A stretch of DNA of 64,000 nucleotides from Candidatus Woesearchaeota archaeon. Lineage in GTDB: Archaea; Nanobdellota; Nanobdellia; Pacearchaeales; GW2011-AR1. Shown here piece by piece: positions 56,877 through 64,000 of the stretch. The stretch covers positions 13 to 64,012 of the forward strand of contig CAYHPN010000005.1 in NCBI GenBank assembly GCA_964358765.1. Direction: 5' to 3'. The position numbers and the translations under genes are program-made. A model generated the notes under the pieces. That model was given only the letters and a program-made list of their open reading frames with translations, was not told the origin of the DNA and did not search any database. The number at the start of each line of letters is the position of its first letter. Positions within the stretch are counted from its first letter, which is position 1.

Positions 56877-58744
56877 TTGAGAGAGGAAATAAAAAAGGGC
56901 AAGTAAGTATTTTTGTAATTTTGGCAATAGTAATAGTGGTTGCAATAGTTCTTTACTTTATTTTCAAAGATAAACTTAATAATAATGAAAGTATTCCTCA
57001 AAATTTACTTCCTGTTTATCAATATTACGAAAGTTGCATACAGTTAGAAACTGAGAATGCTATTGATGTAGCTGGGGCGCAGGGAGGTCTGATTGAAACT
57101 GATGATTATGTTTCTGGAAGCGAGTATGCTCCGTTCTCTACACATTTAAACTTTTTAGGATTCGGAGTTAAATATTGGTATTATTTAGAGGGAAATGGAA
57201 TTATAAGAGAAGAGGTACCAAGCAAAGACAAAATAGAAGACCAAATGGAGACTTTTATTTCTGAGGGACTTAGGGAATGTGATTTTTCTACCTTTTATGA
57301 GCAAGGTTTTGAGATAGAAAAGGAAGATGCAATTGCAACTGTTACTATATCAGAAAATAAAGTGGATGTAAGCGTTGAAGGAGAATTTAAAGTAAGTAAA
57401 GATGAAGAAAGTGCCAGTAAAAAAAGTTTTGAGGAGTCAATTGATAGCAAATTTGGAAAATTCTACGAACTAGCAAAAGAAATTTACTTTGATGAAAAAA
57501 AGAAAGCATTTTTAGAAAAATATGCAGTTGATACATTATATTTGAATGCTCCATTAGATGGAGTAGAATTGCAGTGCGGTCCAAAAATATGGTCTACACA
57601 AAATGTTTTTAATGATTTAAGAAATGCCATGGAACAAAATATAGGTGCAATAAAACTAAGAGGTTCTTATTACACATTAAAAGATAAATCTAGCGAATAT
57701 TTCATTGTTGACAAGGATACAGATGAGATGGTTAATTTTGTTTATTCAGCTAAATGGCCTACGAAAATTGAGGTAAATGGGGAAGGAGTTGATGATGAAG
57801 TAATGATTGCTCAACCTTTTGGAACGCAGGAGGGGCTTGGAGTTATGGGATTCTGTTATGTGCCTTATCATTTTGTGTACGATATGAGTTTTCCAGTTTT
57901 AATACAAATATATGATGAAGAAGAAATGTTTCAATTTCCAATTGTAGTTGTTATAGATAAGAACTTGCCTAGAACGGGAGCTGAAACAGATTTACCTTAT
58001 GAAATAATTAATGACTTTGAGTTATGCGATAAAAAAACTGAACAAATAGAAATTAATTTGTACGATGTTAACCTGAATAAGGTGAACGGCAACTTAAGTT
58101 TTGAATGCTTTGATAAAAAGTGCAGGCTTGGAGAGAGCAAGGAAGGAGTATACAAGGGAATGGCTCCTGCATGTTTGAATGGATATGTTGATGTTAGGGC
58201 TAGCGGGTATGCAGATAAGAAACAATTAATATCTACAAATAAAGAAAGTTTTGCAGAAATAATACTTGACAGAGAGTATGATATTAATCTTAGATTGAAA
58301 ATGGATGGGAAGGAAGTAGAAGATACGGGTATTATTACTTTTAAGAAGAGTGATGGAGCTATAAAAAGTGCTGCTTATCCTGAACAAAAGGAAATCAAGT
58401 TGTCAGAAGGAAATTATGAAATGAGCGTTTATATTTATGGTAACACGACATTGACTATACCTGCATCAAGCAAGAGTGAATGCGTGGATGTAGCAAAAGA
58501 GGGATTACTTGGAATGTTTGGAGGGACGAAGGAAAAATGCTTTGATGTGAATATTCCTGAAACAAAACTGAATTATGGTTTAGTCGGGGGAGGAAAATTA
58601 AGCGGATATATTTTAGAAAGTGATTTGGAAAAAAAGACTATGGAAATAAATGTACAAAGCCTGCCAAAACCAAAAACTTTAGATGAACTAAGTAAAAATT
58701 TTGAAGTGTTTGAGACAAGGAGGTTTGACATAATATTTTTATAA
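56873..58744 (+). CDS. large extracellular protein with class III (pilin-like) signal peptide
   Basis: MIERGNKKGQ-VSIFVILAIVIVVAIVLYFIF (KGQ plus a hydrophobic helix). 623 aa. Confidence 0.7.
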   Translation: MIERGNKKGQVSIFVILAIVIVVAIVLYFIFKDKLNNNESIPQNLLPVYQYYESCIQLETENAIDVAGAQGGLIETDDYVSGSEYAPFSTHLNFLGFGVKYWYYLEGNGIIREEVPSKDKIEDQMETFISEGLRECDFSTFYEQGFEIEKEDAIATVTISENKVDVSVEGEFKVSKDEESASKKSFEESIDSKFGKFYELAKEIYFDEKKKAFLEKYAVDTLYLNAPLDGVELQCGPKIWSTQNVFNDLRNAMEQNIGAIKLRGSYYTLKDKSSEYFIVDKDTDEMVNFVYSAKWPTKIEVNGEGVDDEVMIAQPFGTQEGLGVMGFCYVPYHFVYDMSFPVLIQIYDEEEMFQFPIVVVIDKNLPRTGAETDLPYEIINDFELCDKKTEQIEINLYDVNLNKVNGNLSFECFDKKCRLGESKEGVYKGMAPACLNGYVDVRASGYADKKQLISTNKESFAEIILDREYDINLRLKMDGKEVEDTGIITFKKSDGAIKSAAYPEQKEIKLSEGNYEMSVYIYGNTTLTIPASSKSECVDVAKEGLLGMFGGTKEKCFDVNIPETKLNYGLVGGGKLSGYILESDLEKKTMEINVQSLPKPKTLDELSKNFEVFETRRFDIIFL

Positions 58745-58845
58745 AAATATTATAAGAGTTATATGAATGAAGAAATAAAAGAAGAGATAATGAAAAAGTG
58801 GAGGTTTGACATAGCATTTCAATGAAATGTTATAAAAAATAAAAA

Positions 58846-61800
58846 ATGAAAGGAAAAAATAAGATATTTGCTTTATTTGTAATTTTTCTTTTAGTCGAAA
58901 CTATTTTAGGAAGTTCTATTGTAATGGCACAATCCACTTTAAGCGGAGGAGGAAGCGGGAGCGGGAGAAGTTTCAGTTCTACAAGCAGTGCTAGATATAC
59001 GAGCAATCAATACAGGCCAAATTATCAAACATATTACGGGCAGCAAACTGTAAATGAATACTGGCCAATTTTAGGAGATAGAGAAACGTGCGAGGGAAGA
59101 CAAGATCTATTGCTTGGAGTTGCACCACTAGGATGTCAACCGGTTGTGGTAAGGAGCGATTTACTTGCAGAACAAAATGTTCCTGTATTCTGTCAAATTG
59201 ACGCTGCAAAAATAAACCCTTTAATTGATATAAAACAAATAAGAAATGTTAGATTTATTGGAAATTATCCGGCCGTAGTTGCTGGAGTTGGTTTTCATCC
59301 TGCACGCGCTGCCCTACGAACAAAAGATAATTTATTAGGTTCTCCATTAATAAATAATATTGGCTATGTAGTTGTAATATTAAAAAGACAGCCTATTGAG
59401 GACAAATTGCCAGATAATGTTAATTTAACTTTGGCTGCTCAGATAGAATATAATGCAGGTAATGCGTATGGTGTAGGAAAAACAGAATTCTCTTTAGAAG
59501 AGGTAGCGGATGTAAATTGGGATAGGGAGAAATTAAAAAATAGTTTTTGGAACGGGAGATATTTTGTAAGACTTGAAAATGTTGAAACGAATTTTGCAGA
59601 TGTTTCTATATATAACGGAGATAGGAAAATAGTAACTTCAAGAGTAGAAAAAGGAAAGGAATCAAGAGATTTATATTTGCCTGGAATGTACTGTAGAGCA
59701 GCATTAAAGATATCTTATGATGGATATGTAACAAGTGATAAAAGAGCTAGAATTGAAGTAACATCAGATTTAGGAACTGATCAATTCGATGTAACAGAAG
59801 GGAGTAATTTTGCAGATAGCTGTTCAATAAGTAGAATAGATATTAATGTTGATGGTAGAACTGGAAAAGTAAGCGGAAGTTGCTCTGGAGAGAGATTTGA
59901 ACTTAGTTTAGGAAATGCAACAATCAATTCAACAAATTCAGGAATAAAAATTGATGGAAAAGTTGTAGATAAATTATTTTTGAGTGAAGTTTATACTGGA
60001 AATGAGGAAAAAAATATTAACATATACAAAGATAATGCAAAACAGCAGCCATTAATTGGAATGTCTATTAAAAGGCTCGAATTATTGAAAAATAATATTC
60101 AGATAGGCAATATAGATAATAATGGCAAAATTACAATTACACAATCTGGATCACTTACTCCAGAATTAAATAAATTATTGGAAGAGGCAACAATTTCTGG
60201 AAATGAAATAATTCCTAATAAAGAAGAAACTATAATTACAAGTAAAGATACTGCTACAGCTAAAGAATCTGAAAAATATTATCAAGAGGCAATAAAATAT
60301 TATATTGAAGTAGCCGATGATTTTCCGAACGAACCTGGAAATGCAAGTATTGATCAGAATTATGGTGAAGAAGCTTTAATTAAGGCTATAGGATTATCTA
60401 GGATATTTGGGAATACAAATGATAGAAGGATGCTTGTAAATAAATATTTGGAAATATACCCTGATGGAAATAATGCTGCAGGTTATCTAAACGAATTAAA
60501 TAATTTGGGAAATTATGATTATTCACAATCAACGATTTTGATTGAATTTAACGATAGAACAAAATCTATAAGATTGGTAAATTTAGAAAAACCTAATGAA
60601 GATGCAAGTGCAGATTTATATATTGAGGGAAGAAAAGAAATTATAAAAGTTAATGATATAAAAACATTATATTCTTCTGGAGCAACCGTAGGAAATATTT
60701 CGCTGCAGAGCGTGGATGCTGAACAAGTAAGAATAAATTACTATTGTATTAGGGGAAGGAATAGTGGAACGGAAATTTTAGAAATTGATAAGGATGGGAA
60801 ACCAATTTGCGGGGTAAATGTAAAACTTGATAGTGTGAAATCTGCTGAAATTGCTAAGATAAGATTGAGTCCGTTTGCCTCTGGAACTCAGACATTGACT
60901 AATTTTAGTGTTAATATTGGAATTGAGAAGAGGGCGATAAAATTAAATCCAGACAAGGCGCAGGAAAAAATAGATAGATTAAATGAGACTATTAAAAAAT
61001 GGGAGGATATTTCAAAGAAACTTGGAAATGTTGTTTCAGGTCTTAAAGCTGCGTGTTTTGCAACTTCTGCCGCTTTGACATTTAAGAATTTTTTTGCTGG
61101 ACTTAGTGGAAAATCTCTTGCAAGACAGCAAGTAATGAGCGGGGAACATGGATGGAGCAGTACATGTGGAAAAATTATTTCTGGAGAGATAGTTAATCCA
61201 AAGGGATACAAAACTCTGGATCAGTGCTTTTTAGGAGAGGCAGATAAGATTGAGAAAGATGTAAGTGTAAGAACTAAAGCGATTGAAGAAGTTAATGCTG
61301 AATTTAAAAAAATACAGAATGAAGAGAAAAATAAACCTGCTGGAGCTGGATCAGTATTTGGGACTTATATAAATGAAGATGGGGCAAAGAAAAAACTTGC
61401 AGAAAAAATTAATACAGAATATGGAAAAACTGAAGTTGATTTAGGAGGAGATAAGTGGAGTTATTTAGATACAAATAGAAAGGTCCAATATAAGAGAAAT
61501 CCCACTTATTCGGAAATTTATAAAGATGCAGGGACATATTCAAATGATCAGCTTAGAGAGGCAATGCTTTATGCTAAATTAACCAAAGAAGGAAGCGGAC
61601 TAAGTGAAGAGCAGAAACTAAATCTACAATCTGAAATTAGAGATACTGCATTGAGAATTAATTCAAATAGGGAGATTGACCGAGATATACAAAATCAGGC
61701 TAAATATTCGGAAGAAAATTTAGCAACCCCGCTAAGTCTTGAAGGAGAAGGACAAAAGACAAGAGTATCAAATGTAATTGGATTAAATGATAAAGTAAAA

Positions 61801-64000
61801 GGCGATTACCAATTGGGAGAAAAGAGCACACATACTACAACGGTTAGGGTTAATGCATATAATAACAACAATATAAAAAGCGGGGGAAAACCAGTTCAAT
61901 TTGAACCTGGAGTATATGTACTAGGATTAGAACAGATAGACCCTATTAGCGGAGAATACGCAGTAACAAGCGTCTCTAAAAAAGAGGCTAATGGAAAATT
62001 AGAAAAAACTGTAGATGTTAAAGATTTCACAAATGCTTATAATATTGGAGCGATTAAAGCAGCTGATAGATTAAGTTATATGAATGAGATAGCTCCCCAA
62101 TATAGGGAAGTAAAATATTATGAAACTGAACCATATAAGGGAATGCCGGCGATTGTGCCATTTGATATAAAAGCAGGATGGTATGCTGGAACAAGACAGA
62201 CTTTACCTGTATTTGGAGGAATAGGGGCATTTGATAAAAGCGGGAAAGTTACAAGTTTTTGGGTATGCAATGTTGGAGAGAACAAGAGAGTAGAATTTGA
62301 GAGTGGACTAGGAGATGATATTTGCCAGCAAGTTAATTTGAATACTGGACAGCCTTTAGGATATTTCCCAGGACTAGAAGAATCTAAAGCTAGAAAATTA
62401 ATAAATGATGCGATAAACGCAATAACTGATGCTGCAAACCAATATGAAAGTGCGAGTAAGACAAAATATGTTACAATAAACGGGCAGAAATTAAAGGTAG
62501 GAAAACCTGCAGTTAATTTACCTGGAACAAAATGCCAGGATTTCATGAGTCCGAAAGATTGTCATTTGATGTTTAACGTATGTGATCCAGTTGTATGCCC
62601 GAGCAGTAGATGTGATTTTGGAGGAACTTACCCTGTTGCAAATGTTGCACAGACTGGGATTGTAGGAAGTGCATTATTATGTTTGCCAAATATAAAAGAG
62701 GGAATAGTTATTCCAGTATGCTTGACTGGAATAAAGGCTGGAATAGATGGACTTATATCTATAATGAAGAGTTACAGAGATTGTTTGACTGAGAATATAA
62801 AGACGGGACAGCTTGTTGGAATATGTGATCAGATGTATTCAATATATTTATGCGACTTCTTTTGGGGTCAGGTCGCGCCATTTGTAAGTACACTTGTTCC
62901 TAAATTGCTTGAGATGGCATATGGGCAGGGAACACGAGGAGGAGCGGAATACTTAACAGTAAACGCAGCATGGCAGAATATGGAACAATCGGTAAACTAC
63001 TTTACTCAGAGTTATGCACAGAATTCATTAAAATCATTCCAGAGCAGGACTGGAGAAAAATTTGGGAGTAATTATATTTTAGAAGGAGGGGTAAGTGAAA
63101 TTGGCGCGCAAATGTGCAAGAGTTTTATATCCGCTAAAGCGCCAAATACATTTAAGGCATTAATTGAGTCTGATAGTCCGCCGCAATTTCATGCATGGTT
63201 TGATGCAAAAACATTTACTACTGTAACTGTTCCTGCTACTGCTCAATATAAAGTATTTTATCATATTTTTGCTGGAAATGATGCAGGAGTACATTTCTCG
63301 GTATATTTGAAGAGCGCGCCTGAGAGTTCATATTATTCTATTGCTCCGACTGTTGCAGTTGGATCAGGATTTATTGCGAAAGGAGAAAGTGCAGATAATA
63401 CAAAAGACTTTACAGCACCTGAAGGATATAAAGAATTGTGTGTAAGAATAAATAATGAAGAAGAGTGCGGGTTTAAACAAGTAACAAGCAGTTTTGCACT
63501 AAATCAAATTGCTGATTCATATGCTGCAGATCAAATAAAAAATAGCAATATACAGAGCGAGAAAGAATGCATAAGCGGAAGCAGTGATGTAAGGACACTA
63601 ATAAATCCAAATATACAGGCTGGAGTGCAAGAGAGCGCATTTCCACAATCATATAATAGAGGAATTGTACGAATTTGTTCTACGGAAAATCCTGGGAAAT
63701 CAACAGATCCTAGCAGGTTTAGCGATATGGGATATTGCGGAAGCGAGAAAGTAAGATGCTGGCTTGACAAACAGAGTGTTAATAATGCAATAACTGAAAG
63801 TAATATTGGAGTGAGGAATGAAACTTTAACGTATTTAGAGAATAGGACAATTGAGGCATTGAAGAAAAGTGGAGAAATTTTAGTGGATGAAGCATTTGCA
63901 AACGAGTTTGATAATTTGAATAAAGATTTCAATCTGATTAATGGTCAAAATGGACAAAATATAAAAGTTGTAGCAAGCGATTTGGTGACTAGGATTGATG
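58846..64000 (+). CDS. giant secreted Cys-rich surface protein, 3'-partial (>1718 aa)
   Basis: Own reading: ATG 58846, and the frame stays open to the window end (checked at 59041, 60001, 62101 and 63961). It is absent from the ORF track because no stop lies in the window. Signal peptide MKGKNKIFALFVIFLLVETILGSSIVMAQS. Confidence 0.8.
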   Translation, partial: MKGKNKIFALFVIFLLVETILGSSIVMAQSTLSGGGSGSGRSFSSTSSARYTSNQYRPNYQTYYGQQTVNEYWPILGDRETCEGRQDLLLGVAPLGCQPVVVRSDLLAEQNVPVFCQIDAAKINPLIDIKQIRNVRFIGNYPAVVAGVGFHPARAALRTKDNLLGSPLINNIGYVVVILKRQPIEDKLPDNVNLTLAAQIEYNAGNAYGVGKTEFSLEEVADVNWDREKLKNSFWNGRYFVRLENVETNFADVSIYNGDRKIVTSRVEKGKESRDLYLPGMYCRAALKISYDGYVTSDKRARIEVTSDLGTDQFDVTEGSNFADSCSISRIDINVDGRTGKVSGSCSGERFELSLGNATINSTNSGIKIDGKVVDKLFLSEVYTGNEEKNINIYKDNAKQQPLIGMSIKRLELLKNNIQIGNIDNNGKITITQSGSLTPELNKLLEEATISGNEIIPNKEETIITSKDTATAKESEKYYQEAIKYYIEVADDFPNEPGNASIDQNYGEEALIKAIGLSRIFGNTNDRRMLVNKYLEIYPDGNNAAGYLNELNNLGNYDYSQSTILIEFNDRTKSIRLVNLEKPNEDASADLYIEGRKEIIKVNDIKTLYSSGATVGNISLQSVDAEQVRINYYCIRGRNSGTEILEIDKDGKPICGVNVKLDSVKSAEIAKIRLSPFASGTQTLTNFSVNIGIEKRAIKLNPDKAQEKIDRLNETIKKWEDISKKLGNVVSGLKAACFATSAALTFKNFFAGLSGKSLARQQVMSGEHGWSSTCGKIISGEIVNPKGYKTLDQCFLGEADKIEKDVSVRTKAIEEVNAEFKKIQNEEKNKPAGAGSVFGTYINEDGAKKKLAEKINTEYGKTEVDLGGDKWSYLDTNRKVQYKRNPTYSEIYKDAGTYSNDQLREAMLYAKLTKEGSGLSEEQKLNLQSEIRDTALRINSNREIDRDIQNQAKYSEENLATPLSLEGEGQKTRVSNVIGLNDKVKGDYQLGEKSTHTTTVRVNAYNNNNIKSGGKPVQFEPGVYVLGLEQIDPISGEYAVTSVSKKEANGKLEKTVDVKDFTNAYNIGAIKAADRLSYMNEIAPQYREVKYYETEPYKGMPAIVPFDIKAGWYAGTRQTLPVFGGIGAFDKSGKVTSFWVCNVGENKRVEFESGLGDDICQQVNLNTGQPLGYFPGLEESKARKLINDAINAITDAANQYESASKTKYVTINGQKLKVGKPAVNLPGTKCQDFMSPKDCHLMFNVCDPVVCPSSRCDFGGTYPVANVAQTGIVGSALLCLPNIKEGIVIPVCLTGIKAGIDGLISIMKSYRDCLTENIKTGQLVGICDQMYSIYLCDFFWGQVAPFVSTLVPKLLEMAYGQGTRGGAEYLTVNAAWQNMEQSVNYFTQSYAQNSLKSFQSRTGEKFGSNYILEGGVSEIGAQMCKSFISAKAPNTFKALIESDSPPQFHAWFDAKTFTTVTVPATAQYKVFYHIFAGNDAGVHFSVYLKSAPESSYYSIAPTVAVGSGFIAKGESADNTKDFTAPEGYKELCVRINNEEECGFKQVTSSFALNQIADSYAADQIKNSNIQSEKECISGSSDVRTLINPNIQAGVQESAFPQSYNRGIVRICSTENPGKSTDPSRFSDMGYCGSEKVRCWLDKQSVNNAITESNIGVRNETLTYLENRTIEALKKSGEILVDEAFANEFDNLNKDFNLINGQNGQNIKVVASDLVTRID

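Noticed and set aside
56693-57001. 102-aa minus-strand ORF
   Set aside because: Its composition is Phe/Ser/Asn-rich and low complexity. It overlaps the start of the plus-strand pilin-signal gene and the small RHH-like ORF.
58763-58825. 20-codon ORF (MNEEIKEEIMKKWRFDIAFQ) whose end repeats the 3' end of the upstream gene (ggaggtttgacata at about 58721 and 58800)
   Set aside because: It is probably a short duplication scar of the gene's 3' end. It is too short to call as a gene or a functional repeat.
58991-63932. Four minus-strand track ORFs (58991-59209, 60888-61211, 62118-62546, 63531-63932)
   Set aside because: All lie inside the uninterrupted >5.1-kb plus-strand ORF that starts at 58846. 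They are antisense artefacts.
1-64000. CRISPR arrays, rRNA genes, further tRNAs
   Set aside because: I saw no regularly spaced direct repeats with unique spacers, no rRNA-like conserved segments, and no tRNA-like cloverleaf other than 56414-56485. This was a visual scan only, so a tRNAscan/Infernal run should confirm it.

Overview
Visibly AT-rich, gene-dense window that looks archaeal and DPANN-like. This is inferred from a TrmB regulator, class III (archaeal pilin-type) signal peptides, TATA-like boxes, RHH/wHTH/prim-pol plasmid genes and many small membrane proteins. No similarity search was possible, so every call rests on motifs read from the translations. Layout: (1) 1-26.1 kb is chromosomal: nadB, apt, purQ, a PurS-extended purL, an AI-2E transporter, TrmB, a FlaI/PilB-type ATPase, three tandem paralogous membrane proteins and an Nramp-like transporter. 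(2) 26.1-53.0 kb holds two related integrative elements inserted in tandem (about 11.1 kb and 15.7 kb) in the 5' end of a TctA/DUF112-like membrane-protein gene. Both share a backbone: a small conserved protein, a tyrosine integrase, a conserved ~430-bp non-coding region with TGTCT(G/A) iterons, a basic 163-aa protein, a small serine recombinase, an RHH array and a divergent wHTH gene. Their cargo differs. Element 1 carries nucleotide/NAD-type enzymes and a membrane-anchored SET-domain protein. Element 2 carries a prim-pol replication protein and a seven-gene co-directional island: a nuclease-helicase, a DNA methyltransferase, a Cas4-like nuclease, a TM protein, two small proteins and a QueC-like PP-loop ATPase. 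That island is my best candidate for an undescribed defence or DNA-modification system. (3) 53-64 kb holds the truncated target gene, a DUF2330-like protein, tRNA-Val(GAC), a pilin-signal surface protein and a giant secreted Cys-rich ORF (>1718 aa). The giant ORF runs off the window end, so it is missing from the ORF track. A ~110-nt structured intergenic repeat with compensatory stem changes occurs in at least four copies. No CRISPR array or rRNA was seen.
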